A DNA stretch of 64,000 bases from Candidatus Nanosyncoccus sp. (GTDB lineage: Bacteria > Patescibacteriota > Saccharimonadia > Saccharimonadales > Saccharimonadaceae): NCBI GenBank assembly GCA_045541995.1, contig JAZQKE010000002.1, positions 36,399-100,398 on the forward strand. The letters are read 5' to 3'. The notes under the pieces were generated by a model. That model ran no database searches. It worked only from the letters and a program-made list of their open reading frames with translations, and had not been told where the DNA came from. The translations under genes were made by a program, and so were the position numbers. Positions 28,738 to 39,092 of the stretch are shown here, piece after piece (the stretch's first letter is position 1; every line of letters starts with the position of its first letter).

Positions 28738-29325
28738 ATGGCAGTTAAAAATCAAAAACTCAAAACCAACGCCATGCTTACCCCTGTCAGAAAACGCTCT
28801 AGAAAAGGTGTCGTTGTTGTCATTTTGATTTCTGTGCTTGTCTTAGGGGCTGCGGGGACAGTTTTAGCATTGAATATCGCCAATCAGAAATCGTCTGATC
28901 AGTCGGCAAGCGGACAGAACCAGTCTCCAGATCAGACCGATATGACTTCTGGCAAGTCAACGACCACTGCCGAGGCTCTCGGCTCAAATAACGAAGCGGA
29001 GAACAAAACGCCAGCTCAGTATGATGGCGAAAATCCCAATAATTATGATAGCCTGACCGGTATCATCACATTTAGTGGAGTAGCAGAAAACAAATTTGTT
29101 ATTAGCGCCGCGATCGATCAGTATACTACTGGTAGCTGCAAGTTCGAAGCCACAGGCCCAAATGGAGTCGTAATTTCTGCTGAAAACCCTATCATGGCCG
29201 GCCCAACATCCTCGTTTTGTTCTTACAGCGGAGATATACCATCAGTCGCAGGTAAATATAATATAGTAATCACACTGACGAGTGATAATAAAACTGGTAC
29301 TATTACCGGGGAGGTAGAGATCTAA
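28738..29325 (+). CDS. Membrane-anchored hypothetical protein
   Basis: Basic N-terminus, one TM, S/Q/T linker, small beta-rich domain with a Cys pair. Confidence 0.75.
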   Translation: MAVKNQKLKTNAMLTPVRKRSRKGVVVVILISVLVLGAAGTVLALNIANQKSSDQSASGQNQSPDQTDMTSGKSTTTAEALGSNNEAENKTPAQYDGENPNNYDSLTGIITFSGVAENKFVISAAIDQYTTGSCKFEATGPNGVVISAENPIMAGPTSSFCSYSGDIPSVAGKYNIVITLTSDNKTGTITGEVEI

Positions 29326-31934
29326 TGTCTGTAATCACCGAAATACGAGTTAACTATAAGGAAAAACTATTTCTCCTTTTTGCCTTCGTCCTTTCTGCCA
29401 CGCTTGGTTTTCTCGCTTTTAAGAATCTAGATCAAACGTCTGCTGTGCACTCTGCGTATAGTGGTTTTAACGCAGGTAATATTATTAACGATACGGTAAT
29501 GTCAGATTATAATTCCATGAGCGAGTCTGATATTCATAATTTTCTTAAATCAAAAAACCCCTGTAATGATACCAATTTATCCAAAGCAGACGGCTATTGG
29601 CATTTGAATTACCATGTAGAGAATGGGCATTTTGTCTGTATGGCAGACGAGCGGTTTAATGGGGAGTCTGCCGCACATATCATCTGGCAGGCTGCTCAGG
29701 ATTATAAAATCAACCCAAGAGTTCTAATTGTATTACTACAAAAAGAACAGGGCTTAGTCACCGACACCTGGCCAAACTTCAATCTGCAATATCGCTCCGC
29801 CACCGGCTATGGCTGCCCAGATACAGCTGCGTGTGATAGCCAATATTACGGATTCAAAAATCAAGTTAGAAACGCCGCTAGCTTTTATCGCTACATCCTT
29901 AATAATGGCTCTGCCTATTATCCAGTCGGCAACAGATCTGTAAAATATAATCCAGACGGGGGTTGTGGCAGTTCGATCGTAAATATTCAAAACCGCGCTA
30001 CGTCCGCACTCTACCAGTATACCCCATACCAGCCAAATAATGCTGTCCTAAACGCTGGCCCAGGCGTAGTAGTAAACTGTGGCGCCTATGGTAATGTTAA
30101 TTTCTACTATTACTACACTCAGTGGTTTGGCAGCACCCAAGGCAAAGAGCTGAGTGGGATTACGTTGCCGGACGGTAACATGCAGCTAAAAACCACTTCT
30201 GGTCTCGCACTATCCTTTGACGGTACTGGAAATGGCGCATCTGCTATTCTGGTCAATTCTAATACCACAGATTCACTGCAACAATTCAAGCCAATACGTG
30301 ACGGCAAATATTATCGTTTCCAAAATGTAAGAACCGGAAAATACTTGGACTTATACAATACGGAAACAAATGACGGTACGAAGGTTGAATTATGGGATGG
30401 GAATAATACCTGTGCCCAGAAATGGTTAGTCCAAAATAATGGATCTGGTTATCGCTTAATTTCTGCCTGCGCTAGTGAAGCAAACACAAAATCCCTTGAT
30501 GTTTATGGTGGCAATACAGGTAATGTAGGAAACCAAGTTAAACTATGGTCTGACAATACAAGTTCTGCTCAAAGGTGGGGAATGAATAACTTGTCCGCGT
30601 CGCCGGTTTCTGAAGGGACATATTCTCTAAAAACTACCAGCGGAAAGACATTGACTCCTACCACGGAAACACCAGGCAACGGTACTAGCGTGACTATCTG
30701 GGAGAACAACACTTCTGCCGTGAACCGTTTCAAGTTTATTCGACTAGCCGATGGTTATTATCATCTTCAGAATACTAAAACTGGACTACTCCTTGATGTC
30801 AGTGGTAACGGCACTAACGATGGTGCCAAAGTCCAGCTATGGTCAGGAAACGATAGCTGTGCTCAAAAGTGGATAATCGCAAAATCAAGTGGCAGCAACT
30901 ATACCTTAAAAAATTCATGCTCTGGTAAATCATTAGATGTCAATAATGGTGCGACCAACACGAATAACACCAAGATCCAGATTTGGTCAAATAATTCTTC
31001 TAATGCACAGAAATGGTCACTTGTCTCTCCGACCACTACCCAGCCTGTTGCCAATGGCACATATTCACTTAACTCCGCACTAGGTAATGGCCAACGTGTT
31101 GATGTCAATGGTAGCCGCGCGGCAACAAACGGAACTAATGTCCAACTTTGGAGTCGCAATGGTGGTAATAATCAAAAGTTTACATTCACGTATGATTCTA
31201 ATACAGGATATTACACCATTTACAGCCCTTCAGCTAACAGAAATCTTGATACGGCAAGTAACGGTGCAAACGGAGCGAATATACAGGTTTACAATGGCAA
31301 CAATGGCTGCTATCAACGCTGGATTGTTATCCCAGTTAACGGGCAATATTATATTGCCTCTGCCTGCTCTCGCAACGTGATAGACGCCTTTGGCGGAAAG
31401 GCGCAGGCTGGCACCAATATCGGAGTATGGACACTTAATGGTAACGCCAATCAGCGATGGAGTATTGACTCTAATACGGCAGGGCTAACGGGTCCGATAG
31501 CCAACGGCAACTATATCATTACTTCTGGTCTTAGTAATAATCTCGCTCTAGACATCTCTGGAGCAAATGCTCGGGATGGTGCCAATGTTGCCCTTTGGGG
31601 ATTGCATAAGAAAGGAAACCAACAGTTTAACCTTACCGTTGATCCAGCTACAGGGTATTACACGATATATAATGCTAGCACCAGGCGCAATCTTGATGCT
31701 ACAGGAGCAATCGCCAAAAACGGTACCAATATTGAGATATGGTCTGGGAATGCAAGCTGTGCACAGAAATGGAAAATCACCTCATCTGGCAACGATTATT
31801 ATCGAATATCATCAGTTTGTAATACGAATTTTTCACTTGATGCAAATGGAGGCGTCTCTCGTGCTGGCACCAATATCCTACTGTGGACTAACCACAACGG
31901 TAACAACCAGAAGTGGAAATTTACAAAAATCTAG
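29325..31934 (+). CDS. Secreted surface protein: putative lysozyme-like N-domain + about four ricin-B (beta-trefoil) lectin domains
   Basis: Signal/TM; SAAHIIWQAAQDYKINPRVLIVLLQKEQGL..GYGCPD; repeated LD(V/L)...G(T/A)N(V/I)QLW...(C/N)AQKW QxW units. Confidence 0.8.
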   Translation: MSVITEIRVNYKEKLFLLFAFVLSATLGFLAFKNLDQTSAVHSAYSGFNAGNIINDTVMSDYNSMSESDIHNFLKSKNPCNDTNLSKADGYWHLNYHVENGHFVCMADERFNGESAAHIIWQAAQDYKINPRVLIVLLQKEQGLVTDTWPNFNLQYRSATGYGCPDTAACDSQYYGFKNQVRNAASFYRYILNNGSAYYPVGNRSVKYNPDGGCGSSIVNIQNRATSALYQYTPYQPNNAVLNAGPGVVVNCGAYGNVNFYYYYTQWFGSTQGKELSGITLPDGNMQLKTTSGLALSFDGTGNGASAILVNSNTTDSLQQFKPIRDGKYYRFQNVRTGKYLDLYNTETNDGTKVELWDGNNTCAQKWLVQNNGSGYRLISACASEANTKSLDVYGGNTGNVGNQVKLWSDNTSSAQRWGMNNLSASPVSEGTYSLKTTSGKTLTPTTETPGNGTSVTIWENNTSAVNRFKFIRLADGYYHLQNTKTGLLLDVSGNGTNDGAKVQLWSGNDSCAQKWIIAKSSGSNYTLKNSCSGKSLDVNNGATNTNNTKIQIWSNNSSNAQKWSLVSPTTTQPVANGTYSLNSALGNGQRVDVNGSRAATNGTNVQLWSRNGGNNQKFTFTYDSNTGYYTIYSPSANRNLDTASNGANGANIQVYNGNNGCYQRWIVIPVNGQYYIASACSRNVIDAFGGKAQAGTNIGVWTLNGNANQRWSIDSNTAGLTGPIANGNYIITSGLSNNLALDISGANARDGANVALWGLHKKGNQQFNLTVDPATGYYTIYNASTRRNLDATGAIAKNGTNIEIWSGNASCAQKWKITSSGNDYYRISSVCNTNFSLDANGGVSRAGTNILLWTNHNGNNQKWKFTKI

Positions 31935-31996
31935 CGCTTATGAAGACTGCGAGCCACCAAATAAAAAGGGTCGCAAATAGGTTCAAAGATTCAACG

Positions 31997-33160
31997 TTAT
32001 TTTTTCTTAAGTAGCTGGTCAATTTTATACTCAAGAGTCTGCAACTCGTCCTGAATAACCTCGTTTTGCAGTTCCATTTCGTAAATGCGCCACTTGTTAT
32101 AGACGCCAACCCTATATGCAGGCAAGAATATACTAAAGAATCTCTCTGCGCGTCGTTTAATTCCGCCAAAGATATGACTCATTTGTAGCCACACCCAAGA
32201 ATTCTTAGTTAAAATATATTTTACGGAAATTTTATCCTCAGTCCTAAAATAAGTGTACTTAAAACCAGGAAGACCTTTTAAATCGCCAAAAATTTTTTGT
32301 AATCTTTTGTAATATTCTTTTTTGAACTTAATATCGATTTTAAAGAAAAACCCGATATTGGTCCAAAAAGCATGTGCAAAAAATGGCTCGCAAACATAGT
32401 CAAATAAGCCGCTTTCTTTGACAATATCGAGTCCCGTCTGGGTGTTTTGAGCCATCAAAAGTAGCTTTTTGCCACCGGCGCTAGTAGAGTTACCTTGCTT
32501 TGGCTCGTTGCGCCAGTGAACGAAAGGTTTTTTGACTACAGTAATACGCTCTGCCTTAGTCAAAAACTCGCACATAAAAGGAAAATCTTGATAGCTAGCA
32601 CCAGCAGTCTCTGGGATTTTAATTTTTTTAATAAAATCAGCACGATAAATCGCAGACCAAATTGAGGCATGGAAACCAATAATCTTCGGCCATTCATAAA
32701 GCTTGAAAGCGCGATTTGGGGCAAAGCGCAAATCGATACCAGAAGGATTAGTATAGACTACATTTTGTTTTGCACCAGATAGGGTGGGGTTGTAATAGTA
32801 GAAAAGCCCCTTGGTAACGTCAGCGTTGTTTTCCTTGGCGTTATTATAGAGTTTCTCATACATATCTGGCTCAATCCAGTCATCAGACTCAATAATGCCA
32901 ATATACTCACCCTTAGCCATATCGATACCTTTATTAACAGCGACACTATAACCGCTATTTTTTTGGTGGACAGCAACAACGCGCTTGTCTTTGGCCGCAT
33001 ATTCATCGACAATTTTACCACAGTTATCTGGCGAGCCATCATCTACTAAGATGACTTCTATTTCTTTTAGTTCCTGTGCCAAGATACTATCGACACATTC
33101 ACGTAAATATTTTTCAACGTTATAAATTGGTACAATAATAGAAACTTTAGGTTTTGACAT
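31997..33160 (-). CDS. GT2 glycosyltransferase
   Basis: KVSIIVPIYNVEKYLRECVDS, VDDGSPD, IESDDW; start moved to 33160 (6 nt after TGGTATAAT). Confidence 0.92.
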   Translation of the reverse strand: MSKPKVSIIVPIYNVEKYLRECVDSILAQELKEIEVILVDDGSPDNCGKIVDEYAAKDKRVVAVHQKNSGYSVAVNKGIDMAKGEYIGIIESDDWIEPDMYEKLYNNAKENNADVTKGLFYYYNPTLSGAKQNVVYTNPSGIDLRFAPNRAFKLYEWPKIIGFHASIWSAIYRADFIKKIKIPETAGASYQDFPFMCEFLTKAERITVVKKPFVHWRNEPKQGNSTSAGGKKLLLMAQNTQTGLDIVKESGLFDYVCEPFFAHAFWTNIGFFFKIDIKFKKEYYKRLQKIFGDLKGLPGFKYTYFRTEDKISVKYILTKNSWVWLQMSHIFGGIKRRAERFFSIFLPAYRVGVYNKWRIYEMELQNEVIQDELQTLEYKIDQLLKKK

Positions 33161-33197
33161 AACACCATTATACCACATCTAGTGATATAATAGATAT

Positions 33198-34733
33198 ATG
33201 TTCAAAGAGAAAAAACAAAAGAGGAAAATAATCAGTCTGGCGACAGCCAAAAACATATCAAAAAAGGTCAGCAAAGTAGGGATATTCAAGGTGGTTTTTA
33301 GCGCTTTAGCTGCAATATTATTTGTTCTCACTATGTCATTTAGCACGTCACCATTTTACAAAGAAAATTATGGTGGAGATTCTGCTCAATTCCAGACCAT
33401 CGGCAAAGTATGGGCAAATGGTGGTGTACCATACCGCGATGTCTTTGATCACAAAGGCCCTATAATTTTTTTTGCAAACAGTATCGGATATAGATTGACA
33501 GGTAATAAAACTGGTGTAGCCATCGTTCAAATTGTTTGTCTATTTATAACTATTCTAATACTGTTTAAAATATGTGAATTGGCCAGTAAAAAATTCTACT
33601 ATGGAGTCGTTGGCGTAATACTTTCCCTAATTTTTCTGAGTATATTCTATGTCGAAGGCAACATGACAGAAGAATATTGTTTGCCATTTATCGCTTGGTC
33701 CATATACGGGCTGGCTAAGTATTTCAACTCCGCAAGAAAAGGTGAAGAAATAGAGCATTCTCCAAAATGTGCCTTGATATATGGTGTCTGTTTTGGTGTA
33801 TGCTTAATGACCCGAGCAACAAACGCAGTCCCAGTAGCCATAGGCGTGTTAGTAGTTGCTGTCTGGTTAATCGTGAAGAAAAAATGGATAAATTTGCTTA
33901 AAAATGCTGGATGCTGTCTTGCTGGTGCAATGATGGTAATTATTCCTTTTGTGCTTTATTTTGCTTCACAAGGAGCACTGGGCGATCTACTCTATGGCAC
34001 AATTGGGTTTAATCTTGAATATGCCTCAGGAGTTAGAAGCTGGCTGGAGGGTGCTACAAAAGAAGTCTTCGTGCACATGAGCATAATATTGTTCCCGTCG
34101 TACATGCTGTTACTAGCAGCATTCTTAGCATGGAAGAGAGGAAAAAACACCTACAGTATTTTCTTGGCACTATGTGCTGTACTTGAGGTAGTTTGGTTTT
34201 GTTCGGAGTCGTTTTTTCCACAATACGAAATGATAACAGTCCCCCAGATTGCACTATTATTAAACGAACTAATTTTGCAGAAAGATAGTGGCGAGGCGAG
34301 GTTGCTCCAGTCACTAATTATTGCACTAGTTGTAATCTTATGTTATGGTCAAGTCCAGGAAGTTTCAAAAAAGGTATTAGATAGTTACCGCACTTTCTCC
34401 CAACTAACTGCAGAACAACGTGATGTGGAATATCTCATTAATACAATTCCAGAAACAGAAAAAAATAGTTTTGTAGCGTTTGGCGGGAATGAGCTTAAAG
34501 ACGTCTACTTACGGAACAACCTCACCCCACACTATAAGTATTTCATTATCCAGGGTTGGCATAGCCTGTATAGCGAAAATATTAAAAAGAATATTCATGA
34601 CACATTTGCCTATGGTGACGCCAAATGGATTCTTGCAGATGAGGACAAAATAAAGATTAAAGATATCCTAGACTCCAGATACAATGCGATCGATGAAAGA
34701 GGGAGGTATACTCTCTACAAGATTAGTGAATAA
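33198..34733 (+). CDS. GT-C-like polytopic membrane glycosyltransferase
   Basis: DSAQF..IG..W..G.VPYRDVFDHKGP loop, ~11 TM segments, GNMTEEY. Confidence 0.65.
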   Translation: MFKEKKQKRKIISLATAKNISKKVSKVGIFKVVFSALAAILFVLTMSFSTSPFYKENYGGDSAQFQTIGKVWANGGVPYRDVFDHKGPIIFFANSIGYRLTGNKTGVAIVQIVCLFITILILFKICELASKKFYYGVVGVILSLIFLSIFYVEGNMTEEYCLPFIAWSIYGLAKYFNSARKGEEIEHSPKCALIYGVCFGVCLMTRATNAVPVAIGVLVVAVWLIVKKKWINLLKNAGCCLAGAMMVIIPFVLYFASQGALGDLLYGTIGFNLEYASGVRSWLEGATKEVFVHMSIILFPSYMLLLAAFLAWKRGKNTYSIFLALCAVLEVVWFCSESFFPQYEMITVPQIALLLNELILQKDSGEARLLQSLIIALVVILCYGQVQEVSKKVLDSYRTFSQLTAEQRDVEYLINTIPETEKNSFVAFGGNELKDVYLRNNLTPHYKYFIIQGWHSLYSENIKKNIHDTFAYGDAKWILADEDKIKIKDILDSRYNAIDERGRYTLYKISE

Positions 34734-34750
34734 TAATATATAATAAAAGA

Positions 34751-35830
34751 ATGAGTAGAAAAGAAACTAAAGAAAAAGAGAGAACTGGGCAGAAGAGATT
34801 CAGAACTTCGACAGAAGAGACCCTGGAACCTACTAATCACAAGGGCCCCCGCGTTACGGTCCTAGTCCCAGTTTACAACACCTCAAAATACCTCACTCAA
34901 TGTCTGCAAAGCCTTTGTAACCAGATCCTCGACGATATGGAGATTCTCTGTCTCAACGATGGCTCTACCGACAATTCCCTTGATATTTTAGAAAACTTCG
35001 CCAAAAAAGACTCTCGTATCCGTATTATTAACAAAAAGAACACCGGATATGGTGACACCATGAACAAGGGAATTATGCAGGCTAAAGGCGAGTATATCGG
35101 CATTGTTGAATCCGATGATTTTGTCGATCCAGATATGTTCATTGAGCTTTACTCATTAGCAAAAAAACACGATGCAGATATTGTCCGCTGTAACTATTTC
35201 GAATATAGAGATGGAAATGACATTATTCATCCAGCTATCTTGCCAGAAGAAACCGGTTTTCTTGTTGATCTAGTAGAGGATGTACGTATTCTTTATCAGG
35301 CACCTGCAATTTGGGCCGGACTTTATCGCCGCGAATTCTTGATCAAAGAGAAACTATTTTTCTTGCCAACTCCTGGGGCATCGTATCAAGATGCTAGCTT
35401 CAACTTCAAGACTTTGGTATCTGGCGGAAAACTTGTTTTTACGGATAAACCCTATCTCCACTATCGTCGTGATAACGAAACGTCTTCGGTCAAGAGTGAT
35501 CAAAAGGTTTTCTGCATCAACGAAGAATATGCCGAGATCGAAAAATATCTCAAAAAGAAAGATAAATGGAAAATCTTTGGTTATACATTTGAGGCCGTCA
35601 AATTTGCCGGTTACCACTGGAATCTCCTGCGCCTACCAAAGGACAAGCTAGAGCCATTCCTGCTTCGTATGCGCGCAGAGTTTCACGATGCAGATAACCA
35701 AAAAATGCTAAAGCGCTCTTACTTTCCAAGAAATCACTGGCGCGCGCTACGCATTTTACTAGATATTTCGCCAAAAGCATTTTTGCTGATTTTTAATACC
35801 TACCAGAAAAAGAAGAAAAAGAATCTATAA
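34751..35830 (+). CDS. GT2 glycosyltransferase
   Basis: VTVLVPVYNTSKYL, LNDGSTD, VESDDF, SYQDASF; paralog of 31997-33160. Confidence 0.92.
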   Translation: MSRKETKEKERTGQKRFRTSTEETLEPTNHKGPRVTVLVPVYNTSKYLTQCLQSLCNQILDDMEILCLNDGSTDNSLDILENFAKKDSRIRIINKKNTGYGDTMNKGIMQAKGEYIGIVESDDFVDPDMFIELYSLAKKHDADIVRCNYFEYRDGNDIIHPAILPEETGFLVDLVEDVRILYQAPAIWAGLYRREFLIKEKLFFLPTPGASYQDASFNFKTLVSGGKLVFTDKPYLHYRRDNETSSVKSDQKVFCINEEYAEIEKYLKKKDKWKIFGYTFEAVKFAGYHWNLLRLPKDKLEPFLLRMRAEFHDADNQKMLKRSYFPRNHWRALRILLDISPKAFLLIFNTYQKKKKKNL

Positions 35831-35940
35831 CAATAAATATTATCAATTGTTATTACAGGGTAAAACGCAAATTTGTTATGGACCATTTTGCTGGTTGCTT
35901 ATGTTTGCGCGTGTGAGATGCTGCGTGATAGAATAAAGCT

Positions 35941-37047
35941 ATGCAGGAGGTAACACGCAAAAAGCGAATTATAAGCTACGATGTGGCTAGAACGCTCGCG
36001 ATATTTTTGGTAGTTTTGTGCCACGCGACAGAGCTAACGTATACGCTCTGTTTCAAACAGCCAGAGTTAGTTGGAGGCTCAACCAAACTCATCGCATCAG
36101 CATTATTCACTCTTGGTCGCCTTGGCGTGCCGCTATTCCTATTCTTAACAGGCGCCCTAGTCTTGAAAAAGCAGATAAACAAGGATGACGACGTACTGGT
36201 TTTTTACAGAAAGAACCTTCTTCCTCTCGTTGTAGTCAATTTTTCGTGGGTGATTATCTATAATATATTCTTTCTGCTAAACGGCCACAGTGATTATGTG
36301 AGTATTGGGAACATTATAAAGGAGGCACTATTCATGAAAACTGTCCCTCTCATGAACATGTGGTATATTCCAATGATAGTAGGTATTTACATTGGGATAC
36401 CGTTTGTAGCAAAACTTGTTAAGTTATTTTCAAAAAAGAGTCTATTAATCGGCACATTCATAGTTTTTGTGTCGTGTTTCATCTTCCCGTTTATTAGTTT
36501 TCTAATGAAAACCCGAGGTATTTCGCCAGAATACCAACCAATAACAGTGCTAGATTTATCGTTTTTAGGTGGTACATACGGCTTATACATTTTAATAGGA
36601 AATTGGATTGCCAATGAGAAAGAATGCAAAATCAAATCCCTCTGGCTAGTAATTGGGACAATCGCCTCTTTCTTGTCGGCTTGCGCCTGGCAAGTATTTA
36701 CCAAATCCCCTGGCTCGCATCCAGAGTACAGTATCTGGTATAATTGTCCATTCATTCTAATATCCGGGATAGGTATTTTTATGTTAATAAATAGCATCAA
36801 TTTTTCAAAACTTAACAAAAAAGTAATAAGTTTTATTACTTTCATAAGCAAATCTAGCTTAGCAGTTTTCTTTATACACATCATACTACAGACGATATTA
36901 ACTAGCATAATTGCGCCACTGCAAATATTCATGCTGGCTAAATTCGCTATACTTTTGGTTACTAGCTTCTGTGGCAGCATTTTGATTTGCTATATTCTAG
37001 GTAAATCAAAAATTCTTTCCAGATATGTGCTGCTAATCAAAAATTAA
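35941..37047 (+). CDS. Acyltransferase_3 (OafA-like) membrane O-acyltransferase
   Basis: YDVARTLAIFLVVLCH, RLGVPLFLFLTGAL, WYIPM, ~10 TM. Confidence 0.85.
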   Translation: MQEVTRKKRIISYDVARTLAIFLVVLCHATELTYTLCFKQPELVGGSTKLIASALFTLGRLGVPLFLFLTGALVLKKQINKDDDVLVFYRKNLLPLVVVNFSWVIIYNIFFLLNGHSDYVSIGNIIKEALFMKTVPLMNMWYIPMIVGIYIGIPFVAKLVKLFSKKSLLIGTFIVFVSCFIFPFISFLMKTRGISPEYQPITVLDLSFLGGTYGLYILIGNWIANEKECKIKSLWLVIGTIASFLSACAWQVFTKSPGSHPEYSIWYNCPFILISGIGIFMLINSINFSKLNKKVISFITFISKSSLAVFFIHIILQTILTSIIAPLQIFMLAKFAILLVTSFCGSILICYILGKSKILSRYVLLIKN

Positions 37048-37069
37048 TAAATGTGCTATCATATATAGT

Positions 37070-38194
37070 ATGAACTACGATTACATTATTGCAGGCGCAG
37101 GCATCTTCGGTGCCGTGGTCGCCCAAAACTTAGCAGCGAAAGACAAAAAAGTTTTAGTCATCGAAAAGCGTGACCATCTTGCTGGTAATATCTATAGCTA
37201 TACGGATGAGGAGACTGGCATAGAGATTCACAAATACGGTTCCCACATCTTCCATACCGAACTAGACGAGGTTTGGGATTATATTACCCAGTTTGGTGAG
37301 TTCAATGATTACGTACACACTGTCGACACGCGCCACGATGGCAAATTATACCCAATGCCAATTAATTTGGATACCATCAATCTTCTCTATGGTACTGATA
37401 TGGATGCAGCAGAGGCCGAGAAGTTTGTCGCAGAAGAGGCTGCCAAAACTGGTATCACCGATCCAAAAAATTTCGAAGAAAAGGGCCTATCATTAGTTGG
37501 CGAAAAACTTTATACTGCTTTCCTCAAAAATTACACAGAGAAACAGTGGCATAGCCCTGCTACAGAGATTTCTGCCGCAATTCTTTCTCGCATCCCAGTT
37601 CGTTTTTCACGCGACAATCGCTATTTCATTACCGCTAAGCACCAGGGAATTCCAAAAGCTGGTTATACCAAGATCGTCGAGAACTTGTTAGATTCCCCGA
37701 ATATCGAGGTTCGTTTGAACACTAACTTCAAAGATATCGAGTCAGATATCCCGGCTGAGGCCAAAATTATTTATTGTGGTCAGGTTGACGAGTTGTTAGA
37801 TTATGAGTTGGGCGTATTACCATACCGCAGCCTTCGCTTCGAAGAAGAGCGCACCACAGACTCGTTAGGCCAGGCAGTAATTAACGAGGCCGATGCAGAC
37901 GTTCCATACACCCGTTCCCATGATTATAAATATTATCAGGTTCATCAACCAGAGGTAGTTAATAATAAAACTTCCATCATCTGCCGCGAATACCCAGCCG
38001 ATTTTGAGAAGGGCGGAGACGCATATTACCCAGTCAATAATGAAGAGTCAGAGAAACTCTATCAGCAGTACGTTGAATTAGCTAAGCAGAAGTATCCAAA
38101 TCTCATCCTTGGCGGCCGTCTTGGCGCTTATCGCTACTGGGATATGGATCTTGCGATTAAGAATGCTTTGGAGCTAAGCAAGACTCTAAACTAA
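37070..38194 (+). CDS. glf: UDP-galactopyranose mutase
   Basis: GAGIFG FAD motif, HKYGSHIFHT, NYTEKQW, RYF...HQGIP, LPYRSLRF, YYPVN, GRLGAYRYWDMD. Confidence 0.95.
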   Translation: MNYDYIIAGAGIFGAVVAQNLAAKDKKVLVIEKRDHLAGNIYSYTDEETGIEIHKYGSHIFHTELDEVWDYITQFGEFNDYVHTVDTRHDGKLYPMPINLDTINLLYGTDMDAAEAEKFVAEEAAKTGITDPKNFEEKGLSLVGEKLYTAFLKNYTEKQWHSPATEISAAILSRIPVRFSRDNRYFITAKHQGIPKAGYTKIVENLLDSPNIEVRLNTNFKDIESDIPAEAKIIYCGQVDELLDYELGVLPYRSLRFEEERTTDSLGQAVINEADADVPYTRSHDYKYYQVHQPEVVNNKTSIICREYPADFEKGGDAYYPVNNEESEKLYQQYVELAKQKYPNLILGGRLGAYRYWDMDLAIKNALELSKTLN

Positions 38195-38276
38195 GCGAAA
38201 TTCTTAATGAGATTGACTTTTCTTTTTATCAGGCTGAAACCAAGTGCTACAGAAGTTAATCTCATTGAATTTCGCT
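38194..38276. repeat. Long imperfect inverted repeat between the convergent glf and wzt genes
   Basis: AGCGAAATTC(TT)AATGAGATTGACTT ... AAGTTAATCTCATTGAATTTCGCT; ~24-bp arms, ~33-nt loop. Confidence 0.8.
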
Positions 38277-38297
38277 ACAAGTAGAGAACTAGAAGAT

Positions 38298-39092
38298 CTA
38301 GTCCCAAAGTTTATGATATTCTCTAGTGACCTTACTTGGCTTGCCTTCGCATTTGATCTTACCATTTTCAATTAAGATAGCGCGATCACAAAACTTCTCG
38401 ACGTTTTCCATATCATGTGTCACTAGAATTACAGTTTGGTTTCCATGCAGGCTCTTGAAGTAGTCGTTACATTTTTCCTGGAAAGCAGCATCGCCAACAG
38501 CTAGCACTTCGTCAAGAATTAAGATATCACCACGTGCACGAATCGCAATTGAAAAAGCTAGACGTACTTGCATGCCAGAAGAGTAATTCTTTAATTTTTG
38601 ATCCATAAAATCCTCTAGCTCAGCAAAGCGAACTATTTCTCCATACATCTCGCCGATCTCTTTATTAGAGAAGCCCAGCAGTGCGCCGTTAAGATAAATG
38701 TTTTCACGGCCTGTTAACTCAGGGTTAAATCCAACGCCCAACTCGATGAATGGGACTAGAGTACCATTGACTTTGACAGAGCCACTATCCGGGACATATA
38801 TCTCTGACATAACTTTGAGAAGGGTAGATTTACCCGATCCGTTTCGGCCAACAATGCCAACAAATTCACCCTTTTTAATTTTGAAAGAAATCCCACGTAG
38901 TACTTCTTGCTTACGAAATCCTTTTACGCCCTTTAAGCGGTTAAATATCGCTTGTTTCAGCCCCCAGGCTCGTTCAGTAGGCAACTTAAAGCTTTTAACT
39001 AGGTCCTTTACTTCAATTGCCACATCATTTTCTAATGCATGCTCTTTAGCAGCTGCGCGCATTCTTTTTAGATATTTGTCGCTCCACTTCAT
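38298..39092 (-). CDS. wzt: Polysaccharide ABC exporter ATPase (Wzt/TagH-like)
   Basis: GRNGSGKSTL, ELGVGFNPELTGRENIYLNG, YSSGMQVRLAF, LILDEVLAVGDAAFQEKC. Confidence 0.92.
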   Translation of the reverse strand: MKWSDKYLKRMRAAAKEHALENDVAIEVKDLVKSFKLPTERAWGLKQAIFNRLKGVKGFRKQEVLRGISFKIKKGEFVGIVGRNGSGKSTLLKVMSEIYVPDSGSVKVNGTLVPFIELGVGFNPELTGRENIYLNGALLGFSNKEIGEMYGEIVRFAELEDFMDQKLKNYSSGMQVRLAFSIAIRARGDILILDEVLAVGDAAFQEKCNDYFKSLHGNQTVILVTHDMENVEKFCDRAILIENGKIKCEGKPSKVTREYHKLWD

